A stretch of DNA of 64,000 bases from an uncultured Bdellovibrionales bacterium (lineage in GTDB: Bacteria; Patescibacteriota; Minisyncoccia; Moranbacterales; UBA2206): positions 77,255-141,254 of the forward strand of contig CAZIFD010000002.1 in NCBI GenBank assembly GCA_964538685.1, in the 5' to 3' direction. This document shows positions 28,600-38,221 of the stretch, one piece after another; the stretch's first letter is position 1, and the number at the start of each line of letters is the position of its first letter. The position numbers and the translations under genes were made by a program. The notes under the pieces were generated by a model. That model was not told where the DNA came from. It did no database searches and saw only the letters and a program-made list of their open reading frames with translations.

Positions 28600-28619
28600 T
28601 TTTTTGATTGTAGTTCGGC

Positions 28620-29270
28620 TTATTTATTGAGAAAAATAATATAAGCATCAGTCATAAGTAGAAAAACAATTCCGAATAGATAAGAATAAAAAAAACTTTT
28701 GGTTCTATATGCGACAATTCCTCCAACTAGAGATAGTATTGTTAGGGGGATTGTTTGCCAAATTGAATTTGTAAAAATCCAAAGAGGAATTAAATAAATT
28801 ATAGCCTGAATCGGAACAGAAAGATAGTCGGTTTTTTCTCGGAGAATTGAAAGTAGAAAACCTTTAAAAAAGTATTCTTGGAAAAAAAACAAAAAATTAA
28901 CCAAAATTAATTCATAAAATAGAAAAAAATAAAAATTTTCAGAAACACTTTTGGGAAGATGATAATTTTTTCCAAATGAAGTGAAATTGGATAATAAATA
29001 AATAAATAAAAAAGAAAAAAACAAGGCTAGTAAACTCCAAAGAAATCCAATTTTTTTATTTTTCAAATTAAATCCGAATTCAGTTATATTTTTTCGGAGA
29101 AAATATTTGACAAACAAAAAAGGAACAAGCAATAAGAAGAAAAATTCTTTGGTTAGGTTTTGAAAGAAGTTAGTAGCTGGGAAGAAAGCAAAAAGCAAAA
29201 GACAAGTTGCGATAACTGACAATATAATTAGAAAATTTAAATTTTTACGTAAAAATTCAATCAAGTTCAT
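28620..29270 (-). CDS. Polytopic membrane protein, weak CPBP/Abi-like motif (QEYFFKG), His motifs absent
   Basis: 216 aa, about 6 TM. EExxF[KR]G-like motif only; possibly a non-catalytic CPBP relative. Confidence 0.3.
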   Translation of the reverse strand: MNLIEFLRKNLNFLIILSVIATCLLLFAFFPATNFFQNLTKEFFFLLLVPFLFVKYFLRKNITEFGFNLKNKKIGFLWSLLALFFSFLFIYLLSNFTSFGKNYHLPKSVSENFYFFLFYELILVNFLFFFQEYFFKGFLLSILREKTDYLSVPIQAIIYLIPLWIFTNSIWQTIPLTILSLVGGIVAYRTKSFFYSYLFGIVFLLMTDAYIIFLNK

Positions 29271-29274
29271 TTTT

Positions 29275-29763
29275 TTATGGTTTATCTTTGGATAATCTCC
29301 TTTCTTTGAGAATTAATATGTAAGTAATTATCACCCCGGCTGTTTGGTAGGGAAAAAAATTATTTCCTGGAATAAACTCTGGAAAACTACTGGCCACCAA
29401 AACTAACATTTTTTTTAAAAAAAAACTTATAACTGTTCCACCGTGGCTATTATTAGCTCTGACAATAAGAGTGGAAAAAAACACAAGAAAAGAGATAAAA
29501 ATAGTTAATAACACACTTATAATCCAGAGTGGTCCTTGCATAATGATATCTAATAAATCCTTTGTGATGGAGAGGCAAAGCACTAATCCAAAAACAGAAT
29601 CCATAATCGGATCAATGTATCTGGATAAGCCTGAAAATTCCTTAATCAAACCACCAATCTTCTTGGAAGCATTTAATGGGACCGGGTTATGAACATTTTT
29701 TATTTGATTGTTTTTCTCTCTGGATTTTTCTAGATTTTTTTTATTGTCTTCTTCCTGTTGCAT
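29275..29763 (-). CDS. Small membrane protein of the T4SS-like cluster
   Basis: 162 aa, charged N-terminus plus 3 TM. Confidence 0.3.
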   Translation of the reverse strand: MQQEEDNKKNLEKSREKNNQIKNVHNPVPLNASKKIGGLIKEFSGLSRYIDPIMDSVFGLVLCLSITKDLLDIIMQGPLWIISVLLTIFISFLVFFSTLIVRANNSHGGTVISFFLKKMLVLVASSFPEFIPGNNFFPYQTAGVIITYILILKERRLSKDKP

Positions 29764-29770
29764 AATATTA

Positions 29771-31624
29771 TTAAATCTTCTGTAAGCTTTCTTCTTCCTC
29801 TAGTTCTTTTTTAGCGGCTTCAATTTCCAATAATTGAGCCGGATCGGTAGTGATAATTTGGTCTTCGCTGTAGGAAGCGATTATCTTAATAGCAATATGC
29901 TTTGTACCGGCAAAAAAAATACCTTCTCCAACATTACTTTCCAGAAGCAGAAATTTTTCTTGATCAGTAAGATAGAAAGTTTCGGCGATATAATCAATAG
30001 AAGCTGGTGATTGGCGAAGAAGAAGTTGCATTGAGGAATTAGTAACAATTGGCTTGCCGTATTTGGAGGTCAAAAAATCATTAATGTCCTGGGTAATAGT
30101 AGTGAGACCAGTATAATATTTGCGGCATCTTTTGGCGATTCCAAACAGAAAAGAAGCAGCGTCGTCGTATTTCATCATCACCCAAGCTTCATCTACTATC
30201 ACCAATCTTTTTTGAAGATTGGTTCTCATTTCGTTCCAAATAAATTGCAAAACAGTGTACATTGCCACCGGACGCAAGTCTTCCTCCATATCCCGGATAT
30301 TGAAAACTACTAATTGATTGCCGACAGAAATATTGGTTGCCTGATTTAGAAATCCACCAAACAGTCCTTCGGTATACTTTTCCAAACGAATTCCCAAATC
30401 TTCGCCACCTTCCATATTGCGAAGAACATCATAAAGGTTGGACATAGTAGGAAAATCGGCTTTTCGAATGGAGTCAAAATCAGACTCAGAACTAATGTCT
30501 TTTATATTATAAGTTTCTCGAACGGCTCGGTCTAAAATGGAATCTTCTTCCGGAGTGATGTTTCCAAGCATAATATGGAGAAGTCCTAATATGTTGGCGA
30601 TATTATTTCTAAAAATATCATCCGGGTCCTCATCCTGTCCGAGTTTGGGCAAATCAAAAGGATTAATATGTTGATCGGAAGTTAATGAAATTTTAATGAA
30701 ACTTCCTCCAACTGTTTCACAAAGATGTTTATATTCATTTTCCGGATCAATAATAATCACATTGGTTCCTAGCATTAAAGAACGCAAAATTTCCAATTTA
30801 ACAGTATAGCTTTTTCCAGCTCCTGATTTGGCAAAAACCACCATATTAGCATTTTCCATTTGGAATCTATCAAATATAACCAAACTGTTGTTGTGGCGAT
30901 TAATGCCGTAAAGAATCCCGGTATCAGAAGAAAGAGTTGATGAAACAAAAGGAAAGGTTGTTGAGAGAGGAGAAGAATTCATATTGGTTCCGATGTCTAA
31001 TTCATCATTGGCTAGCGGAAGTGAAGAATTGAAACCCTGTTCTGCTTTAAAAATGGCTTTTTTCGCATAAACTAATTGAGCTTCAAGAATAGATTCAACT
31101 GATTTTTGAAAATCTGACAGTTCTTTTTCGGTGTTTCCAAAAAAAGTTATATATAAACCGAAGCGAAAAAACCTTTCCGTTCCTTGTTGCAACTGATCGC
31201 GAAGTTCGTCAATGTCAGCAATAGCCGTCTCCAGGGCTGGATCTCTGACTAATCCTGATTCTCGTTCCATATTTTGGCGGGATTCCACTTGAGTGGCGCT
31301 TTTTCTGAGAGTTTTTAGGATTTCGTATGTCGGAATAGGATGAATAAACATTGAAATATTCATCGGAATATCAATGTTAATAATGGGAGAGAACCAATTG
31401 CTGTGAAGATATCTCGGATAAGTCATTACAAAAAGGGTTTGAGCCAGAGTATCTCCAATTTGAATAAAATTTGGATTTATTTTGATGGCCGAAGGAGCGA
31501 TTAGATCGGAAAGATTAATCAATCCTTGCTGGTATATTTTTTCGCTTTCTAGTATTTCATTAGATGTTGAAATAATATTTCCCGAAGGATTATTTTTTGG
31601 TTTGGACTTGAAAAAATTAAACAT
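29771..31624 (-). CDS. virB4: Type IV secretion ATPase VirB4/TrsE/ConE family (central plus ATPase domains)
   Basis: IAPSAIKINPNFIQIGDTLAQTLFVMTYP (Gram-positive VirB4 signature). Walker A VFAKSGAGKSYT. Walker B RLVIVDEAW. Confidence 0.85.
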   Translation of the reverse strand: MFNFFKSKPKNNPSGNIISTSNEILESEKIYQQGLINLSDLIAPSAIKINPNFIQIGDTLAQTLFVMTYPRYLHSNWFSPIINIDIPMNISMFIHPIPTYEILKTLRKSATQVESRQNMERESGLVRDPALETAIADIDELRDQLQQGTERFFRFGLYITFFGNTEKELSDFQKSVESILEAQLVYAKKAIFKAEQGFNSSLPLANDELDIGTNMNSSPLSTTFPFVSSTLSSDTGILYGINRHNNSLVIFDRFQMENANMVVFAKSGAGKSYTVKLEILRSLMLGTNVIIIDPENEYKHLCETVGGSFIKISLTSDQHINPFDLPKLGQDEDPDDIFRNNIANILGLLHIMLGNITPEEDSILDRAVRETYNIKDISSESDFDSIRKADFPTMSNLYDVLRNMEGGEDLGIRLEKYTEGLFGGFLNQATNISVGNQLVVFNIRDMEEDLRPVAMYTVLQFIWNEMRTNLQKRLVIVDEAWVMMKYDDAASFLFGIAKRCRKYYTGLTTITQDINDFLTSKYGKPIVTNSSMQLLLRQSPASIDYIAETFYLTDQEKFLLLESNVGEGIFFAGTKHIAIKIIASYSEDQIITTDPAQLLEIEAAKKELEEEESLQKI

Positions 31625-31634
31625 AATCTCTTTT

Positions 31635-32321
31635 TTATTTTATTTCTAAATTTTTAACATCAGCCAATTCAGTATTATTGTAGCTAGTGGGATTGTAGGC
31701 GTTAAAAGAAAGTTCAATCAGTTCTTGGGTTTTGAGTGGAATAAGACTGAGTCCGATTCCGGAAAGGGCAGCGACAATGTGATCAACCCTTTGTAATAAT
31801 TGATTTTTGCAATTTTCAAAGTTTTCTCTTTTAGCCAGGATATTTTTTTGGGGATTAAATGATGCGAAAATTTTTCCAAAAAAACCAACTTCTTTGTTTT
31901 CAATAGGAGAAAAAGGTACAACAATATAGAAAAATTTTTCCATAATATTGGAAACAGAAACTAGTTCATTGATGAATGTTTTATATTCCGAAAGTTGAAG
32001 TCGTAGAAGTTCATTAGACTGTTTTTTTTCTTTTTCTGCAAGAAAATCAGAATATTTTTTTATATTGAGCTTTTTGGAAGAGATTAAAATTTGAATGGGA
32101 AAGTCTAATGAATTGAGAAAATTTTGATATTGTTCAATTATAGCTGTTTGTTCATCGCTGGACTTGAGATCAAAATTAATGGCTGAAACTGCCAAAACAG
32201 AACGAAAAGAGCCGTTTTTAAGAACTATTAAATCTTCCTTTATTTCAGCAATATCCAGATATTTTTGAGTACTGTCTGAGGCTGATTTTTGGGTTATAGT
32301 GTTTGAATGAAGTTTTTCCAT
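31635..32321 (-). CDS. Probable detached N-terminal domain of VirB4 (CagE/TrbE/VirB4 N-terminal-like)
   Basis: SFRSVLAVSAINFDLKSSDEQTAIIEQYQNFLNSLDFPIQILISSKK resembles the N-terminus of Gram-positive VirB4. 228+617 aa is about the length of ConE/TcpF. Tightly coupled between the PrgI-like gene and virB4. Confidence 0.45.
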   Translation of the reverse strand: MEKLHSNTITQKSASDSTQKYLDIAEIKEDLIVLKNGSFRSVLAVSAINFDLKSSDEQTAIIEQYQNFLNSLDFPIQILISSKKLNIKKYSDFLAEKEKKQSNELLRLQLSEYKTFINELVSVSNIMEKFFYIVVPFSPIENKEVGFFGKIFASFNPQKNILAKRENFENCKNQLLQRVDHIVAALSGIGLSLIPLKTQELIELSFNAYNPTSYNNTELADVKNLEIK

Positions 32322-32325
32322 AGTT

Positions 32326-32721
32326 TTAATTTTTGTCTAGAATTTTGGATATTTGTTGAATTTGCTCTTGGGTTATTGATTTCCTTATTGTTTGGCTTTG
32401 ACTTTTCCTTTTTGCCACCACTTTTGTTTTGTTGGGATTGTCTGCTTCCTTTTTCCAAATATAATTTTTTGGTTTAAAGAGAAAAATGATGGATGAAGCA
32501 ATAAAAAATGGCAATGGTTGGTCATTGGGTTTAAAAAAAGCCAATGATCCGAAAATAAAAGCGACAAAAACGACGGAAACATAAAAACCAGCCGTATCAA
32601 GGACATTCCAAAGAACCAAAAGCATTACTCCTCCCGCTGCCAGCCAACCAAGTTGTTTGGCAGTCAGTGGTCCGACGATTCTATCTTCAATATCAATAAA
32701 TTGAGGAACTCTGAATTGCAT
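32326..32721 (-). CDS. PrgI-family (VirB3-like) small membrane protein
   Basis: MQFRVPQFIDIEDRIVGPLTAKQLGWL plus two TM helices. Immediately upstream of the VirB4 ORFs. Confidence 0.55.
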   Translation of the reverse strand: MQFRVPQFIDIEDRIVGPLTAKQLGWLAAGGVMLLVLWNVLDTAGFYVSVVFVAFIFGSLAFFKPNDQPLPFFIASSIIFLFKPKNYIWKKEADNPNKTKVVAKRKSQSQTIRKSITQEQIQQISKILDKN

Positions 32722-32782
32722 AAAAAATTAATTTATCTCTTACTGACTCATTCTAACAGGAAAAAAACTTTCTTTCAATTTT

Positions 32783-33754
32783 TTAATTTAAGTCTTTGAG
32801 ATTGATAATATTTTTTGGCAGAGTTTTTTTTTCGGACAAAAGCATATTGTGAGGGGCGGGCAGTTTCTGGTTTGTTTTTTTAGATTCAAAGGGTAATTTT
32901 TGATGAAAATTGAAAGAAGTATTTTGGACATTGCCAAAGGATGGAATATTTTTGATCGGAGAAGTTTTTTGCCAAACAGTTCTTGAAGCGGGTTTAAATT
33001 CTTTTTGAAATATTATTTTTTTGTTGTCTTTGTCAACCAAAAGAGGAGTTCCTTCATCAAAAGATTTCAGCAGTTGAGATAAATTATTCCTGTCAGAACT
33101 TTCCAGTTTTCTGGGATTCAAAGAATGAAACAAATATTCTCCTCTTTCCAACGAATTGTGAGCGCGATAACCTAAATTAGAGACATAATCTTCAATCCAA
33201 TTCTCAATACTGGGTGGCACTTCTCTTTGTTTTTCTTTGGAAAAAAGATTGTTTCTTCCGATTGGTTGTTTTCTGGTTTCCGGATATTTTTTAAAAATTT
33301 CCTTAATTGTCAATTGAATTATGCTTTTTGAATCAGTTAAAGTTTCTTTTTTTAATTCTTCCTTAATCCAAGGCTCTTTCTGAAAAACAACTTCTAATGC
33401 CGACGATTCACTTTTTGTCGGTGTTAATTTTTTTTCATTCCAATTGATTTGCATTTCCAAAGATTCATTGTAAACAGTAGGAAAAATAAAAAAAATACGC
33501 TTATTTATTTCATAGGCTATACTAGTGCTTAAATTTTCATTTAAGGACAGATTTTTTTGGATAATTTTTGGTAAATTTTTTAATGACTCATCACCCACAT
33601 ACATCAATCCTATTTCTTTAGCTATTTTCCAAGATTTTTCAGGTGCAACATCAAACATAGCCAAAGATTTTTTGATTTCAATCATTGGTTCGGCGGAAGA
33701 CAAGAATGTCCTGACATTTTCTGGAAGTTTTTTTATTTTATCTATATAATTCAT
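32783..33754 (-). CDS. Hypothetical soluble protein of the T4SS-like cluster
   Basis: 323 aa, no TM, no recognisable motif. Confidence 0.3.
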   Translation of the reverse strand: MNYIDKIKKLPENVRTFLSSAEPMIEIKKSLAMFDVAPEKSWKIAKEIGLMYVGDESLKNLPKIIQKNLSLNENLSTSIAYEINKRIFFIFPTVYNESLEMQINWNEKKLTPTKSESSALEVVFQKEPWIKEELKKETLTDSKSIIQLTIKEIFKKYPETRKQPIGRNNLFSKEKQREVPPSIENWIEDYVSNLGYRAHNSLERGEYLFHSLNPRKLESSDRNNLSQLLKSFDEGTPLLVDKDNKKIIFQKEFKPASRTVWQKTSPIKNIPSFGNVQNTSFNFHQKLPFESKKTNQKLPAPHNMLLSEKKTLPKNIINLKDLN

Positions 33755-33757
33755 ATT

Positions 33758-36022
33758 TTAGAAATTGGCTAGATCGGGATTACTTTTAATAAAATTTTCG
33801 TGGTTAGATGAACGAAGCTTGTTAATAAAATCTTTCGCAGCTTTATCATTTTTGATTTCGTAGGCAATATTTTTTATTTGATTTTGTTTTATGCTAGCTG
33901 TCATTACATCGCCATATTCTCTTATGGTTTCAGGTTGAATATTTGCGGCGGTTTCTTTATCCATTCGGGAAAAAACATTTTCAGCAAAATTTTCGTTAGC
34001 TAATTTGCCTTCGTGCGCAAAATAAGCAAATTGAATGTCTTGGTCAAGACTACTTTTATTTGAATCATAAATTTTTGCCAAGTCTCCAAGAGATTGTTGG
34101 ATAGCTAATTTATTGTTTTGACTTTTTTTGCTTCGTTCTAAGAGATCTTTGGCTCCCAATGCGTTTTCTTCAAAGGCTAATCGTATGAATTCAGCATTTC
34201 CAAGAGAATTGCTGCCTAGTTTTTTGGGATCAAATTTATTGCTTTTAAGAAAGGCGCTAATAGCATCTCCATCCAATAAGCCACTTTCTTTGGTATAAGC
34301 CGAAACAGGATCATAATCTCTTATGGCGTTAATAAGTTCTCTGACAACTGAAGTATCTTTTTCGGAAAATCCATTTCTAAAGTTTTGTCTGATATTTTCT
34401 ATGTCTTTGACATTGGCCAATCCTCTGGTTGCCAACTCAATAATTGCTGCCGCTTTTTCAAATTTGTCTCCGGAAGTTGAGAGTTTTCGGAGTTCTTCTT
34501 CAGACATATTTTTAGTGTCATGATCTTTTCTGGCTTCTTCAATTTTTTCACGACTTTCAGTTTCTAACATAGCGTTATATCTATTTCTGGCAGCTTTGCT
34601 ACCCGGAATAATTTCAGAGGCTCCCCAAAAAGCATCTTGTCCTCTGTTGAAACCTTTTCCAACGCTTCGCCCCAACCTTGAAGAAAGAGCGGTTTTATCG
34701 GCCATAGCAGATCGTTTTTTTCTTTCGTCTTTGAATTTAGTGAAAGCATTTTTAAGAAAGTTCCCACCACTAACCATCATTCCCGTTTTTTTCAAGATAC
34801 TTTTAGCTTTTCCTGTTACTTTTTCTGCGCCGGCGATACTCATTTTTTGGGCAATGCCCATTGTGGCCCAAAGAAGAATAATAGGAATAACAAAAAAGGA
34901 TAAAGTGGTTAATAAGCTGATATCAATCTCCTTGCTAACACTAGCGGCTTTTGCTTGCATGCCAGAATAATTCTTTAATATTTTCATCATTTCTATTGAA
35001 ACATACAAACCAAGCATCATAATTGGTCCAAAAAAAGCGTATTTAAAGAGATTGCTCCACCAATCTCTGGCAATTTTTTCAAAACCTGGAATTATATTGC
35101 CCACAAACCCAATCGGAGAAAAAATAATAAGAAGCACTAAAGCAGCACCTCTTATAAAAAGAAGAATGGCAAAAGCGAAAAGAGTTATAGTGAGAATTGC
35201 TAAAAATATTATAGCCATAAGCATTAGCGCTGTACTTGAATAGCCTGGATGGAAAAATTCTTTAATTCCGGAACCATTCAATAAGTCTTCTTCTAAATAA
35301 TTTTCATCACCCAATGTTCCCTGAGCAATTGAATACATAGCCACATTAGAAGCGTCAATAATAACTCTGGAAATTGGATAACTAAAATTAACCAAAAGTG
35401 CCATAATGATCAAAATCAAGAGGATTTTTTTGTAATTATATTTGGCTACTTGAAATATAGTGGCAAAAGCGGAAAATAACAAAATCAGGATAAAAAGCAT
35501 ATTAAGCAAATCTCTAACAATAGCCCACATCTTATAAGTGAATCCGCCCATATCAAGAAGATAACTTAATGCTTTGGCATCAGCAATCCATTTGAAAAAA
35601 ACAATTGCTCCGAAAAAAAGATATTTTACAATATATAAAAAGGGAGTTAAAAAACACATAAGCCAAGTTGATGGATCTCCTGCACTACACCCTAGAGATT
35701 TTTCTTTTGAAGCATACTGTATTTTGTGTCCAGTCAAAACATTAGCTTCTGCTGTGTCAGGCGTCCATCCGCAATCTTGTTTTTTCCAACTTATATTTTT
35801 TTCACAGTATTCTACACATTGTTTAGGAGTAAATCCTTCGGTTCCGTCAATTCTTTTTATTACTCCAAGTGTATCAAATCTAAAATCAAGACATTGCGAT
35901 ACTGGTTCTGCATCGGCTTTAGCTTTATTTTCTCCAAAAAACAAAAACAATCCGCTAAAAACTAACAGAAAAAGAAAAATTCTGAAAATTTTATATTGGA
36001 TTGTTTTTTGAAAAAAACTCAT
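33758..36022 (-). CDS. VirB6/TrbL-like polytopic inner-membrane protein with Cys-rich N-terminal ectodomain and long charged C-terminal tail
   Basis: Signal/TM, Cys-containing N-terminal domain, about 6-7 TM central region, about 330-aa hydrophilic C-terminal extension. Confidence 0.55.
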   Translation of the reverse strand: MSFFQKTIQYKIFRIFLFLLVFSGLFLFFGENKAKADAEPVSQCLDFRFDTLGVIKRIDGTEGFTPKQCVEYCEKNISWKKQDCGWTPDTAEANVLTGHKIQYASKEKSLGCSAGDPSTWLMCFLTPFLYIVKYLFFGAIVFFKWIADAKALSYLLDMGGFTYKMWAIVRDLLNMLFILILLFSAFATIFQVAKYNYKKILLILIIMALLVNFSYPISRVIIDASNVAMYSIAQGTLGDENYLEEDLLNGSGIKEFFHPGYSSTALMLMAIIFLAILTITLFAFAILLFIRGAALVLLIIFSPIGFVGNIIPGFEKIARDWWSNLFKYAFFGPIMMLGLYVSIEMMKILKNYSGMQAKAASVSKEIDISLLTTLSFFVIPIILLWATMGIAQKMSIAGAEKVTGKAKSILKKTGMMVSGGNFLKNAFTKFKDERKKRSAMADKTALSSRLGRSVGKGFNRGQDAFWGASEIIPGSKAARNRYNAMLETESREKIEEARKDHDTKNMSEEELRKLSTSGDKFEKAAAIIELATRGLANVKDIENIRQNFRNGFSEKDTSVVRELINAIRDYDPVSAYTKESGLLDGDAISAFLKSNKFDPKKLGSNSLGNAEFIRLAFEENALGAKDLLERSKKSQNNKLAIQQSLGDLAKIYDSNKSSLDQDIQFAYFAHEGKLANENFAENVFSRMDKETAANIQPETIREYGDVMTASIKQNQIKNIAYEIKNDKAAKDFINKLRSSNHENFIKSNPDLANF

Positions 36023-36035
36023 AAATTAAATTTGG

Positions 36036-37076
36036 TTATCTGTCGTTAAAAACTGCTCCCGGTCCATATTCTCTAACCTCATTGCTAATTTGTTTGGTTA
36101 CACTTCTTCTGACATTGGAAACTTCTCTTTGAAGTCTGTTTTTGATAGCCCCAACTCCTTGTTGAATTGAGCGTTTGATGGCTTGTGTTACGACCGAAGC
36201 TACAATTTCCGGAATTTTTTCGGCTGTTGCAGTGGCATCCATATATAAGCCTTCCGCTTTACTGGCGATATATTGGGTTATGCTGGAAGGCGTAATTACA
36301 TTGCCATTTTCGTCAACAGTTGATCGGATTCCTCCACTTTGTTGATTTTTTTGAATTTCTTTCTTTTCTTCTTTTTTTTCTTCATAAACTGACTTAAGAT
36401 GCGCGTAAGCCAATGGAGCATAATTGATTCCTTCGGTGCATTTCCAAAAATTATCCAAATTCCCATTGGCGAACATATTAGCTCTGTCTGCGTCAGTGCA
36501 AGTCGGCACAGGGGTTTCGGTATTAGTAATATCCTCTACCATAAGACCAAGAGTGTCATCATAGCTGTTTCCGCTGTATTGATATTGATAATAGGATGTG
36601 TCTGTGCTGTCCGCTTGGGCATTTTTAATTAGAGCGAATTGATATTGATCTTTTCCGCCAAAACCTTCATAAGAAAGAAGTGTTTTGGAAACAGAAGCTT
36701 TTCGGTAGCGGCTGGAGCTTCTTCCTTTTGTGATTCCTGAAAGATAGTCATTCATAAACTTTGTGCTTTCTCTTTCTGGAAGATCATATAAATAGTCTTT
36801 CCAATCAGTAATAATGGCTGTTCCCATATGATCAACATCATTTAGAAAGGCCGCTGTTTCTTCAAGAATCATTTGAATGGCGGCTTGCTTGAGGCTGGCA
36901 AGAGTAATTCCTTTAATGGTGTCATAAGTTTCTTCCATGATTTGCTTGGCGATGGCAGCTGCCATAGAATCCCAAGCGTTAACTTTTGGCGTTGATAAAA
37001 AAAATAACAACGAAAACAACATCAGACCAAACAAAGTCGGTTTTTTTGGAGATGTGTTTTTTGAAATAATTTTCAT
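36036..37076 (-). CDS. Secreted alpha-helical protein (candidate VirB5/TrbJ-like minor pilus/adhesin component)
   Basis: Signal peptide (MKIISKN...PKVNA). Helical N-terminal region AAIAKQIMEETYDTIKG...AAIQMILEE. The ORF-track start at 37157 is probably too far upstream. Confidence 0.3.
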   Translation of the reverse strand: MKIISKNTSPKKPTLFGLMLFSLLFFLSTPKVNAWDSMAAAIAKQIMEETYDTIKGITLASLKQAAIQMILEETAAFLNDVDHMGTAIITDWKDYLYDLPERESTKFMNDYLSGITKGRSSSRYRKASVSKTLLSYEGFGGKDQYQFALIKNAQADSTDTSYYQYQYSGNSYDDTLGLMVEDITNTETPVPTCTDADRANMFANGNLDNFWKCTEGINYAPLAYAHLKSVYEEKKEEKKEIQKNQQSGGIRSTVDENGNVITPSSITQYIASKAEGLYMDATATAEKIPEIVASVVTQAIKRSIQQGVGAIKNRLQREVSNVRRSVTKQISNEVREYGPGAVFNDR

Positions 37077-37083
37077 TGAGTGG

Positions 37084-38097
37084 CTATTTTTCGGGGGAGT
37101 TATTTTGAAATTCTTCAATTTTTTGATTAATCTCTTCTGTTTCTGACAACAAACCATATTCTGAAATTTTATTTTCCAATTCTTCGGAAAAAGTTATGGC
37201 GTTTGATAACAAGCCTCCAATTTTGGAAAGATTTTGAATGTCAGCAATCGGGTCGGAAGAATTGGGATTAATATAGTTTTTCATTTCTTGGGCATAAAGA
37301 GCAAAAGACATAGCTTTGATATGAAAATCTACCATTTCTTCGGGAACTTCTACTTCTTTGATTTGTTCAAGCATTTTTTCGCCACTTTCGGAAAGAATCT
37401 CTAATTCTTTAGTGCTTCTGGTTGTGAGCGAAGATATGATTTGCTGTGAAATTTTTGACATCGCGCTGGAAATGTCGGAATTGGAAGTAATCGGCTCGGG
37501 AGAATTGCTGGACATTATATAAAAAATAGCTGCCAGATATTCTGTCATATCCTCCTTTCTTTTTTCAAAAGCTTTCTCTTTGCTTAGATTGTCATAATTT
37601 TGTTCTTTTATTTTGATGTCATCTTTAGAAATTTGAGGGGCTTCTTCTTTAATGGCAGTTGAATCTGAACCTATTGTTTCGTCAATTAGTGATTGCACGG
37701 TTTCTACAGTAACCCCTCCTTGATTCATTGATTCATTGGTCAAATTCTTTATTTTGGCAGTGAGTTGCTGGGTTAAATTATTTTCATCAGATTGATTTGA
37801 GGCATTAGGAATTGATTGATTTTCAGGAATTAATTTGTCTCCCGGAGCCGGTTTTAGAGGATTGTAGCCACTCTGAACTTCGGTTCCGTCAGAATAACCG
37901 TCATTGTCAGTGTCTTTGTTGTGTGGGTCAGTGCCATAAGCCTTTTCTTCTTGATCGGATAATCCGTCTTGATCGGAATCAAGAAAGATATTTTGCAAAG
38001 ATTCAGTATTATTTTCGGCAAAAACATAAAAAGCAAAACTTGCAACAATCAAGCTTGCCAAAATTACAGTTGTTAGTTGGATATTTTTTATTTTCAT
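37084..38097 (-). CDS. Secreted protein with thrombospondin-type-3-like Ca-binding Asp repeats
   Basis: Signal peptide; DSDQDGLSDQEE / DTDNDGYSDGTE repeats; acidic low-complexity remainder. Confidence 0.4.
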   Translation of the reverse strand: MKIKNIQLTTVILASLIVASFAFYVFAENNTESLQNIFLDSDQDGLSDQEEKAYGTDPHNKDTDNDGYSDGTEVQSGYNPLKPAPGDKLIPENQSIPNASNQSDENNLTQQLTAKIKNLTNESMNQGGVTVETVQSLIDETIGSDSTAIKEEAPQISKDDIKIKEQNYDNLSKEKAFEKRKEDMTEYLAAIFYIMSSNSPEPITSNSDISSAMSKISQQIISSLTTRSTKELEILSESGEKMLEQIKEVEVPEEMVDFHIKAMSFALYAQEMKNYINPNSSDPIADIQNLSKIGGLLSNAITFSEELENKISEYGLLSETEEINQKIEEFQNNSPEK

Positions 38098-38221
38098 TTT
38101 TTCTTGACAAAAGTATAACACATTTTTTAGTTCAAAAACAGTGGATAAAATTTGAAATTTATTTAATTTTCTTTTTTATAGAAAATTTGCCAGGAAAAGG
38201 AAAGGTTGCTAAATTTAGTTT

